Assembly: GCA_963765895.1 (NCBI GenBank) | Contig: CAVXZB010000043.1 | Coordinates: forward strand, 1-33,809 | Reading direction: 5' to 3' | From: an uncultured Nitrososphaeraceae archaeon | GTDB lineage: Archaea; Thermoproteota; Nitrososphaeria; Nitrososphaerales; Nitrososphaeraceae | DNA: 33,809 nucleotides | Shown: positions 20,951 to 30,076 of the stretch, piece after piece | How positions within the stretch are numbered: position 1 is the stretch's first letter | Layout of the letters: the number at the start of each line of letters is the position of its first letter | Notes under the pieces: generated by a model | Databases searched by the model: none | What the model was told of the DNA's origin: nothing | The model's input: the letters and a program-made list of their open reading frames with translations, nothing else | Program-made: the position numbers and the translations under genes

Positions 20951-21187
20951 ATTTTGCTAGCCATTTTGGCATGACAGGAATATTGCACAACATATTTTAT
21001 AAGCATTGTACTAAATAGAGTAACATGGATCCTATAGTGTAGTATAGACCTTATAATAATATAATTTATTTATGAAAAAACCGTTTATGTTGTTTTAGAC
21101 ACTTATAATCTGAATCTGCAATCCAGTAGTATCTTCTATGCGAAAGTTATAATCGGCTTATATGAAATAAAGAACTATGGTTTTTAC

Positions 21188-23107
21188 TTGTGTTCCGATG
21201 ATTGTGAACGGATTAAGACAAAACTAACTGACGGCAGTAAAAATGAACATACAAAAGAAAAAAATTATTGCATCTCAGAACACCTGAGCCCAGCTACACA
21301 GCAAGCAATACTACACAAAAATATACTATCGGTTTCTCTTATTTCATTATTAATTCTATCTTCTACTGTTTTTCTATATATTCCTGGCAATTTTGGTGGT
21401 GGTTATCCCCCCTCTGTTCATGCCCAAGGCCATGCCGCTCCTCCTGAACCTTTAATTCCACAAGGAATAATCAATTCTGGTAAGCCTCCCTCTACCAGTA
21501 TATTCAATATTATTCCAGGATACAAGATCCAGCCAATATTGTGGAATCTTACACTACCTAGCAGCGTTACCTTTGATGATAATGGAACTATGTATATTGC
21601 AGAATCAGGATACACCTACGGTGACTTTATGCCAGCTCCAAGGATATTGCAAGTGTCCTCAAATGGACAAATATCCGTTCTTGTAGACAGGGGTCTTAAT
21701 GGGCCTATTACAGATTTAGAGTTTAATAACAAAAATGGTCTTCTCTATGTATCTCACAAAGGCCTGATATCTGCAGTTGACCATAGAGGCGCAATTAAAG
21801 ATCTCGTTGCAGGTTTGCCCAGCGGAGGTGATCATTTCAATAATCAAATTGCATTCGGGCCAGATGACCGATTTTATTTTGGGCAAGGTACTGCCACTAA
21901 TTCAGGAGTAGTTGGAGATGATAACTATCAATATGGCTGGCTAAAAATTTCTCCTCAATTTCATGATATTCCAGGCAAAAATATAACTCTATCAGGCCAG
22001 AACTTTAAATCCTTCAACCCTCTTACTCCGCAAGATCTTAACGATTATTCAACAACCGGTGCATTTTCGGCCTTCGGTTCTCCTTCTCATCCCGGGCAAG
22101 TGATTAAAGGAGATGTGAAATGTGGTGGGTGTATAATTAGTGCTAAATCAAATGGTACAGACCTTAAGACAGTGGCATGGGGACTTCGTAATCCATATGG
22201 AGTCGCATTAAGCGGAGATGGTAAAAAATTAATTGTAGCAAGTGATGGTGCTGATGATAGAGGCAGTAGACGCATAGGAAACGATGAGGATAAAATATAT
22301 GTTATCAACATTGCAAATCAATCCAATTTAGGCAAATTTTATGGTTGGCCTGATTTCTTTGGAAACGGTGAACCGGTGACTAATCCAAAATTTAAATCTG
22401 AAAGTTCTCAGGATAACAAACCATTACAATTTTTGATGAAAAACCATCCTCCAGTAGAAAAACCGTTAACCCTATTATCTCCTCTTGGAGTAGCTGCAAC
22501 ACAGGTCGCAGTATCTACAAATTCTAGTTTTGGCCTTAAAAATATGGCCTTTATAGGAGAATACGGTACAATGGGCTCACTCATACATCCATATGATATA
22601 ATCACCGGACCATCTCCACAGTTTAGCCTAAGCAAAAATGGGCCAAAAGTGATAATGGTTAATACAGACACAGGAAATTATACGAATTTCATATCACCTA
22701 AAACTTTTAGCTTGGATTTTAGGCCAGTGGGCATAAAATTCAATTTGAATGGTGACGCCCTTTATATTGTAAGTATTGGCAAGACAGAGATAAGAACATC
22801 AATTCCTCCAACTGGCCATGATGGACCATTTCCAACAACTCCAGCTATACCTTGGACATATGCAAATAGTGGTGTAATATGGAAGGTTACTAAGATAAAT
22901 AATAATAACAACAGCAACTCTGGCACTAGCCCTACAAAAGACTTTATTCTTAAACAGGTTCCTTCGTCTACGTCGCCGCCCGGCAGTGTTGTTATTAAAC
23001 AACCTAATACTGTAAATCAAGTGACCATATCGGCTTTTAATTATAATAATAATACCACAATGAGTAATAGCACCAATATTTCCAAGTCTAACGCAACTAA
23101 GGCTTAG
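21188..23107 (+). CDS. PQQ-dependent glucose/sorbosone dehydrogenase-family beta-propeller protein, exported
   Basis: LTLPSSVTFDDNGTMYIAESG, LPSGGDHFNNQIAFGPDDRFYFGQG, AWGLRNPYG, FYGWPD, RPVGIKF. N-terminal TM segment and sequon-rich tail. Start codon uncertain. Confidence 0.85.
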   Translation: MCSDDCERIKTKLTDGSKNEHTKEKNYCISEHLSPATQQAILHKNILSVSLISLLILSSTVFLYIPGNFGGGYPPSVHAQGHAAPPEPLIPQGIINSGKPPSTSIFNIIPGYKIQPILWNLTLPSSVTFDDNGTMYIAESGYTYGDFMPAPRILQVSSNGQISVLVDRGLNGPITDLEFNNKNGLLYVSHKGLISAVDHRGAIKDLVAGLPSGGDHFNNQIAFGPDDRFYFGQGTATNSGVVGDDNYQYGWLKISPQFHDIPGKNITLSGQNFKSFNPLTPQDLNDYSTTGAFSAFGSPSHPGQVIKGDVKCGGCIISAKSNGTDLKTVAWGLRNPYGVALSGDGKKLIVASDGADDRGSRRIGNDEDKIYVINIANQSNLGKFYGWPDFFGNGEPVTNPKFKSESSQDNKPLQFLMKNHPPVEKPLTLLSPLGVAATQVAVSTNSSFGLKNMAFIGEYGTMGSLIHPYDIITGPSPQFSLSKNGPKVIMVNTDTGNYTNFISPKTFSLDFRPVGIKFNLNGDALYIVSIGKTEIRTSIPPTGHDGPFPTTPAIPWTYANSGVIWKVTKINNNNNSNSGTSPTKDFILKQVPSSTSPPGSVVIKQPNTVNQVTISAFNYNNNTTMSNSTNISKSNATKA

Positions 23108-23752
23108 ATGCTAGCAACCTGACTAAAATTAACACATCCCAAATAAAATGACCTAAGATTCACCAGGCCAATTTAACCCCCAGTTTTATAATATTATTAA
23201 AATGAAAGATAAAAAAATTACAATATAACTTAAATCCATGTTTAATTAAAAACAATGCCACTAAAGCTCAGCAAATGTAGGTAGACCGATAACCCCGGCA
23301 ATGGAAAGTACATCCGTGCATAGTATATTTACCAAGATCTTGAACTACTAATGAGCACTTTTGAGAATCGAGGCAATATGTTTTGGAGTAGTCGTTATAT
23401 TTCTTATGACCAATTCGCACTTAAGTTTGGACTTGCTTATTATGCGATGACCTAATTTATTAATAAGCAGTATTAGGATAAACGTTATATTGGACATTGG
23501 GAATAAAAAATTGTTGTGCATCCAGGAATAAAAAATTTTGTCATTGGGGCTTACCTAACTGTGTAAAAGAGCCCAGTGTCGCAGCGAGTCTTGTATAACC
23601 CAACTTGCACATTATTCTGTTTATAAACTCAAGCTTAGACTCCAGGCACTGCTAGATAATGCCATATAATTTTGCTATGATTGTTCTGGACATTCAACCT
23701 TAAATTCATAAATAATTTATATAATTATTCTATGTAGGAAGTGAACACGTAA

Positions 23753-23914
23753 ATTTTTACACAAATTATAGTTGGTATACTTGCACTAATAGTAATAATA
23801 GCAATCATCGTATTTCTTGTAAAGATAGTTGCGCCAATACTCTTAGGAATCGTAGTTATTGCACTAATCATCGGAGTAGGTTTTTGGTTTTATGGCAGAA
23901 TGAAATCTCGTTAG
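23753..23914 (+). CDS. Small two-helix membrane protein (start unresolved)
   Basis: IFTQIIVGILALIVIIAIIVFLVKIVAPILLGIVVIALIIGVGFWFYGRMKSR*. TTTATATA box at about 23716-23723. No canonical start downstream of in-frame TAA 23750. Confidence 0.55.
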   Translation: MFTQIIVGILALIVIIAIIVFLVKIVAPILLGIVVIALIIGVGFWFYGRMKSR

Positions 23915-24154
23915 ATACCCCATTTTTTAAAATATTTACCCTTCTTGGACTTGTAATTTAACTTGCAATTTAAACACATAGTATCGGGATTATGGAATAA
24001 TGAATCGTGAATAAGTTTCGTAACTAACGTACCACGGACTTCTTGATGTCCTACAGTTGACAAATGGATTGATAGCAAAAAAAGTAATAGGGGATTTCGA
24101 CCTAATATCAAACTGAGCATGTATAATTTCGTTTCCAATCTATTTTTATTGAGC

Positions 24155-24801
24155 TTATGTTAATTTAGGTAGTATCAATATTTGGCCGACCATGTTTGGA
24201 ACATGTATGTGACAGGTATAGTTCATAATCCCTGGGCTTTTAGCTATGAAAGATATCGTGTGAATTTGTCCTCTCATGAGCGGAAAAGTTCCAATCGAAT
24301 CCACGGTAATGACATGATGTACGCCTTGAACTCCTACAAAATGGAGGTAACTTTGTCTCCTTGATTCACAACTATTTGGTCTGGTACGAAAGTAAATGAT
24401 CTAAAATCCCATGCTCCTGCCTTATTTGGCTCTGTTATCCTGAATCCTCCTCCAGCGGGTATAGTTGAATTTGCAGGCGGCTGTTCTGCAGGATGTAATG
24501 GAATGTTTTGAGGACACGTGTCACATTTCATCGCAGCATGTATATTTGTCATTCCGTCGAGGTGTACGGTGTTTATCCAGAACTCTTTATCTGTTGATCT
24601 GCTAGGGCTAACTACTTTTGTTGAGGTATCTTTAGATACAGGAGATGGTTGTGTATTCTTTGATGTGGGCTGGTTAGCAATTGCCATTGCATTATGTTGA
24701 TTCTGGCTTATAAATCCGCACATCAGTGTTGACACTATTACGGCTACGATTACAACAGCAATTGAGTTTGTTCGTCTTAATTTATTTTGTTTCAGATTCA
24801 T
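24155..24801 (-). CDS. Exported type-1 (blue) copper cupredoxin, one frameshift near 24345
   Basis: ORF 24334-24801 ends FVPDQIVVNQGDKVT. The shifted frame continues LHFVGVQGVHHVITV...FIAKSPGIMNYTCHIHVPNMVGQILILPKLT* with H...C-x2-H-x3-M ligands. Confidence 0.85.
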
Positions 24802-25352
24802 TTTAGGTACCTTCTTCTTTATTCTATTTTCATATAAAGTGGGAGACGAATTTCATCTCTGAATTTCAGATTAGGAAATCGTCCTTATGCATAAAGTGGC
24901 ATCAGTCAAAAATCACTTATGTTGGTAAAGTACTATTTCTGCCAAATAACAATCGCCCCAACTAATAAACTCTTGTTTATTCTCTCTTCACAAAATATTT
25001 TATGTAGACCATCCAATTAATGAAAAATATATTGAGTTCACTTAATTAAATAAAGCAAGTATTATGAATCAATCCTTGGGGATATTTCGATAAGTAACTT
25101 GTCATGTACTGTGAATTCCATAACTAATCCTCTTCATGTGCACTTCAGATATCACTCAAAATGGACAGAATACTGAAACTGGACTTTTTCCAGCAGTATT
25201 CGAATCATACTAAATAATTTGATTATTCCACAACTCAATCTATATTATCAATATCAAATGTGAAGCTAGCGATATATTATCCAGAACAAGTCAAAATGGG
25301 TCAACTTTGTAAAAAGTTGCTGGTATTACTTGATTGACTATTATGGTATGAT

Positions 25353-25718
25353 CTAAATATTGTCACTTTCTGGACTTTCAATCATTTTCTTTCCGCTTAC
25401 CTCAACATAATAGAATCTAAACCATACCATTATTGCAAAAAATATCGCAGCAATGACATGTATTTGAGATCCAATATCCTCGGGCAAAACTGAAAACGCT
25501 GAGATTCTGTTAGTATTGTTCTCTATTATTTGTCCTATAATGTAAAGCACAATAAATATTGATATTTGGAATTGAAAGCCCTTAAAACTTTTAGATCTTA
25601 TCGACAGCCATACAAAAATGATTAATGGTACTAAGGTCAGGATTGATGTTATATCTCCTATGGAATGTAAAAGAGCAGAATTATTGTTAAATTCACTTAC
25701 AAATGCGTCAGTTATCAT
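25353..25718 (-). CDS. Small membrane protein (about 3 TM)
   Basis: Three hydrophobic segments. ATGA overlap with the upstream ORF. Confidence 0.7.
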   Translation of the reverse strand: MITDAFVSEFNNNSALLHSIGDITSILTLVPLIIFVWLSIRSKSFKGFQFQISIFIVLYIIGQIIENNTNRISAFSVLPEDIGSQIHVIAAIFFAIMVWFRFYYVEVSGKKMIESPESDNI

Positions 25719-26026
25719 GTTCTGAGTTCAGTCATTTTCCTTTTTGTTGATGCATATAGAAGATATATTCCTGCAAATGAAAGCAATGCTATGATTGACA
25801 GCGGTTCCAAAATACCTTTTGCTAAGAGCCCAAAACCTACTACTCCAGCAACATGATATATTCCTTGAATTAGGATAAAACTTAGAAGCAATATTATTAT
25901 GTGAGTGAGATGTTTTGTGCTACTGTGGTTGGCGTTTCTTAATTTTAATATAAAATATATTGGAATTGTGGCAGCGATAAAATAAACTAATGCATCGATA
26001 AGATTATAATATTGGGGCTGTAGCAT
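25715..26026 (-). CDS. Small membrane protein (about 3 TM)
   Basis: Three hydrophobic segments, QGIYH in the second. Stop overlaps the next start. Confidence 0.7.
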   Translation of the reverse strand: MLQPQYYNLIDALVYFIAATIPIYFILKLRNANHSSTKHLTHIIILLLSFILIQGIYHVAGVVGFGLLAKGILEPLSIIALLSFAGIYLLYASTKRKMTELRT

Positions 26027-26399
26027 AATTACGTCAATTCACCACTATTCAAAAGACTATTTTATAGCGGCTATCCATATTAAAAAATGATTCTACGAAT
26101 TTCATTTATGAAATTCAATATCAATTTAATTTATGACAACTTGCTGATAATGCTGCCTCACATTCCCTCATCTCCAATTCAAGTGCAACTGCAATACTGT
26201 TTTTCCGGGTGTTGCGATGTATGTAAAAATCTGGCCATTTGGATTAGAAATTAGAACAAGATCTGATTCCGAAAAAGTAAGTGCTAAGCGTTATTGACGT
26301 AGATTCTTAATTATACAGACAAGTGGAAATCCTCATTAATTTCGATGGCGAAAAATTCAATCGACAAGTTAAAATGAACATACTGGAATAAATAGAATA

Positions 26400-26816
26400 T
26401 TGATTCTTCTAACTACTACCATTTTGATAATAGTACTGATAACGCTAATTGGTCTCATAGGCTACACAAGTATATCGACACCAGCCCAGTCGATTTTCAA
26501 ATCAACTACTAATGCTGCTGAGAACAGGGTCACCATCGGAGACAATTTGGTCCCTTTTTCTGCACTGTCTAACCTATCACCCAACAGTCCAAATCCAATA
26601 AAATCAGAGTGTTTTAATTATGGCTACATAGCAAATAACAGACCATTAGGCAACCTACTCATTATCAAATATAAAAATGATGGAAGCTGTAATCCTACGA
26701 TAGAGCTATTTTCGAATATCGGAACAGTCCTTGGTATTATCCCATCACAAGGCGACCCATTGCGTCTGGGCTATAATGCTCTTATTTTTATAAAATTTAT
26801 AGAACGTCCAAAATAA
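26400..26816 (+). CDS. Hypothetical exported or membrane-anchored protein
   Basis: N-terminal hydrophobic helix and two Cys. No family recognised. Confidence 0.5.
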   Translation: MILLTTTILIIVLITLIGLIGYTSISTPAQSIFKSTTNAAENRVTIGDNLVPFSALSNLSPNSPNPIKSECFNYGYIANNRPLGNLLIIKYKNDGSCNPTIELFSNIGTVLGIIPSQGDPLRLGYNALIFIKFIERPK

Positions 26817-26912
26817 ATACCTATACCGACATTAATAGATACTAGATAGTGAATATTCAAGAACTATTGCCGTTGGGGTAATAAAATAAAAGAAGACGAT
26901 CTTCACTCGTAT

Positions 26913-26948
26913 AACGAATGATCGATCAGAGAGATCTGATCATCCGTT
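26913..26948. terminator. Inverted repeat between convergent genes
   Basis: GATCAGA-GAGA-TCTGATC (26924-26941) with outer AACG.ATG/CAT.CGTT arms, between the stops at 26816 (+) and 27033 (-). Confidence 0.3.
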
Positions 26949-27032
26949 GTCGATTTGACAGTTAGGTTTTGTTCACATAAATTGTGGAATGTACTACGGG
27001 CGAGGATCTATATCTTATCTTGTATTTCAAGA

Positions 27033-27425
27033 CTACTCTCTTTTTACAAGTACATAGTGTGGTATATTTGCAATAGTCGCTGGATACGAAGAGTAAAATT
27101 CCCAGCCTGACGCAAAGAGGGTTCTTGCTTCATCTACATTTGTTATAGTAGCAATATCTATCACTCTCCTTCGTCTAAAAATTGGTTTGTTGTTGTTACT
27201 GATTTGGACCTGTGCCTGTTGCGGTAAGGAGGTCTGCACGAATTTGTGTGTATGTTCAATGCCATTTTCATCAATTAGTTTCCATCTTGTTTTTCCAGTC
27301 TCAGGATCGTCACCTACCTTATCGAAGCCAATTAGTTGGTTCGGATATCCAGCTGCCTTGCATCTGTTACATTCTTGCATCTTTTTTGGCGGTTTTGATG
27401 CTTCCGCAGGTATTGTTGTTGACAT
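27033..27425 (-). CDS. Putative zinc-finger protein (CxxC...HxH) with small C-terminal domain
   Basis: ECNRCK...WKLIDENGIEHTHK, Gln-rich linker, then ARTLFASGWEF...HYVLVKRE. Confidence 0.7.
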   Translation of the reverse strand: MSTTIPAEASKPPKKMQECNRCKAAGYPNQLIGFDKVGDDPETGKTRWKLIDENGIEHTHKFVQTSLPQQAQVQISNNNKPIFRRRRVIDIATITNVDEARTLFASGWEFYSSYPATIANIPHYVLVKRE

Positions 27426-27554
27426 TGGCCTTAATCTGCAAGATTTGCTAATAATTCATGTGACACCAATAAGAGAGGGAGAGACCATACTTGCAGATTA
27501 TATATTGATTAGAATATTTTTGGCGGTTCTTCTCTAAGATTTAAAATTACTCAA

Positions 27555-27712
27555 GGGGCTTTTCTCATGCGAAAGAAAATTTTATCTACATCCCCGTGAG
27601 ATATCCTACTTCGACGGTTGTTATCTATCTAACAGCAAGCGTAATGCATTAAGGCCACCAAGAGTGGGCTTGCATTAAGGTTGGGGGCCTTTTTCTCGTG
27701 CGACGCCGAGAA
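27555..27712. repeat. Intergenic block of direct and inverted repeats
   Basis: GGGGC(C)TTTT(T)CTCRTGCGA x2 (27555, 27684), TGCATTAAGG x2 (27645, 27671) and several hairpins. Confidence 0.55.
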
Positions 27713-28314
27713 TGGGTATTATCAAATTTTGGATGTTTAGCTTCATTTAAAAAAATTTTTTAGTGTGAATGTTGCCTTTGGGGAGTATGTCTACACAGCT
27801 TTTCTACTCTTTCCTCCTGTAGTGGAACCTATCTAGATCAGGGATATTATCGTTACAGGTGTAGTCGGGCTGCATACTGACGTCATTTATACAACTCTTA
27901 ATTCTTCATTCATTTAAAGAGTTGAAACGCCATGTACGATCTTGCTCGTATAGACTATTATGGACTTGGCAGTCAGGCTATAACTATTAACGCGAAAATG
28001 GTCCAGAAAAGCCCGATATTTAGTAATTGAACCTTTATCTGATGTTACCACAACTTTTTCAATTCGAATGCATGATCCAGAAAAAATAATAATAAGCAAA
28101 GTTGCAAGTTTCAGAAGAGTCATGTCAGTTATGAAGATAATGTGACAATGTAAAATATGACTCAACATCGCGATTATCAGTCGGCCGCCTCCTGTCTTCA
28201 CTAATTTCAAAAGGTTTAGCGAGGAAATCATCTGGCGTCACTCACTAAATTACCCCTTGGGATAAGAAATATACGAGGACGACCGATAAGAAAACACTAG
28301 AGGATCTAGTTCGA

Positions 28315-29886
28315 ATGGGATTTGAAAATGAATATACTCTCAAAAACTTCCTGAAATCAAATGATGAGAGGGTATTTCATGAGAACTATGAGAAAGCAGT
28401 AAAAGATATCAAATCTCGTTTCGGTAAAAAATACTCAATGATCATTAATGGCAAGCATTATAATTCTTCAAAGACATTTACTGACACTTCGCCAATAGAC
28501 AAAAGAATAAGACTAGGTTATTTCCCTTTGGCTACTAAAAAACATGTGAGAACGGCAGTCAAAGCAGCCAAGACCGCATTTGAGAAATGGGGGAAAGTCA
28601 ATTATAAATCTCGTATTGTCATCTGCTATGCTGCAGCAGATATAATATCTGAGCGTAAATTTGAATTAGCCGCATGGATTTCTTATGAAAATGGTAAAAA
28701 TAGGTACGAGGCCATTGCTGACGTAGATGAAGCAATTGATTTCATCAGATACTATTCTAAAGAGATGGAAAGAAATAAGGGCTTCGTAGTCCAAACTAAG
28801 AATGCAAATTCAAATGAAGTAAGCAAGAGTTTGATGAAGCCATACGGTGTTTGGGCTGTAATCAGCCCATTCAATTTTCCTTTTGCCATCTTAGCGGGAA
28901 TGAGTATCGCGGTAATTGTTACTGGCAACACAGTAGTTCTAAAACCTGCAAGTGATACTCCTATTATCGGAAGTCTATTTGCAGAAATTTTGAAAGAAGC
29001 AGGCTTACCTGATGGAGTACTAAACCTTGTGACAGGGTCTGGATCAAAGATTGGAAAGGTAATTGTTGCAAGTCGTGATGTTGCGGGTATTGTGTTTACA
29101 GGTTCCAAAATGGTAGGACACAGAATTATGGAAGATTCCGGCAAAGTTATACCCAGGCCAGTTATCGCAGAACTTGGGGGCAAGAATCCGGTAATAGTTA
29201 CCGAAAATGCAGATATTAATAAGGCTGCAGAGGGGATCATAAAAGCTGCATTTGGTTATTCTGGTCAAAAATGTAGCGCATGTTCCAGAGTTTATGTTCA
29301 GAAAAACGTAAAGGAATTATTGATGCAAAAATTAGTGGAGAAGACAAGGAATTTCTCTATTGGAAATCCTCTAGACCAAGATATATTTATGGGTCCATTA
29401 ATTAATCTGAATGCATATACAAATTATCAAAAATTCGCAAAAATCGCCTCCAGGGATGGTAGGGTAATATTCGGCGGAGCTGTGAAACGACAAGGTAGTT
29501 TGAAGCATGGTTATTACGTAGAACCGACTATTGTTGAGGATCTGCCAAAAAGTCATATGTTATTTAAGGAAGAGCTATTTGTACCGATTCTGTGTGTAGC
29601 AGCATACAAAGATTTTGATGAAGCATTAAAACTATGCAATGAGTCAGAATACGGACTGACGTCAGGCATTTATAGCAAGAAAAAGGAAGAAATCGACAGG
29701 TTTCTTGATAACTCAAAATCTGGAGTAGTATATGTTAATAGGATTGCTAGTGCTACAACCGGAGCCATGGTAGGTTCTCAACCATTTGGTGGTTGGAAAG
29801 ATTCTGGTACGACGGGCAAAGGAGCAGGAGGACCGTACTATTTGACTCAATTTCTAAGAGAGCAGAGCCAGACTGTTGTTACCTAA
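28315..29886 (+). CDS. Delta-1-pyrroline-5-carboxylate (glutamate semialdehyde) dehydrogenase, RocA/PruA-type ALDH
   Basis: EAIDFIRYY, ISPFNFP, LKPASDTP, FTGS, ELGGKNP (Glu), GQKCSACSR (Cys), YGLTSG, TTGAMVGSQPFGGWK.SG. Adjacent to proline dehydrogenase. Confidence 0.9.
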   Translation: MGFENEYTLKNFLKSNDERVFHENYEKAVKDIKSRFGKKYSMIINGKHYNSSKTFTDTSPIDKRIRLGYFPLATKKHVRTAVKAAKTAFEKWGKVNYKSRIVICYAAADIISERKFELAAWISYENGKNRYEAIADVDEAIDFIRYYSKEMERNKGFVVQTKNANSNEVSKSLMKPYGVWAVISPFNFPFAILAGMSIAVIVTGNTVVLKPASDTPIIGSLFAEILKEAGLPDGVLNLVTGSGSKIGKVIVASRDVAGIVFTGSKMVGHRIMEDSGKVIPRPVIAELGGKNPVIVTENADINKAAEGIIKAAFGYSGQKCSACSRVYVQKNVKELLMQKLVEKTRNFSIGNPLDQDIFMGPLINLNAYTNYQKFAKIASRDGRVIFGGAVKRQGSLKHGYYVEPTIVEDLPKSHMLFKEELFVPILCVAAYKDFDEALKLCNESEYGLTSGIYSKKKEEIDRFLDNSKSGVVYVNRIASATTGAMVGSQPFGGWKDSGTTGKGAGGPYYLTQFLREQSQTVVT

Positions 29887-30076
29887 TCCAAGGCTATTTT
29901 TAGAAAGACTAGTGCGATACTACTTTTGAACATATACTACAGTAAATAAGGTAACACCATCTTAATCTCAATTTAGTAAGATTATTTTGCGTGCACCATT
30001 TTTCTCACGCTTTAATAATGTAATTGTTAAAAAAGAACTTTTGACAATACTTATAACAGTAGCTGCATCTGCCATA

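Noticed and set aside
27383-27528. TTTTTGGCGGTT occurring twice about 135 bp apart
   Set aside because: One copy is coding (KPPK). Too short and T-rich to call a target duplication or att site.
27555-27712. Mini-CRISPR or tRNA interpretation of the repeat block
   Set aside because: Only two imperfect copies with irregular spacing, no cas genes, and no cloverleaf or T-loop consensus.
28752-29268. Long antisense ORFs here and similar ones (2669-2893, 3584-3796, 4171-4518, 9935-10183, 12149-12397, 20007-20530, 22087-23020, 27187-27537, 30706-31035, 32095-32379)
   Set aside because: Shadows of well-supported genes on the opposite strand, with no motifs of their own.
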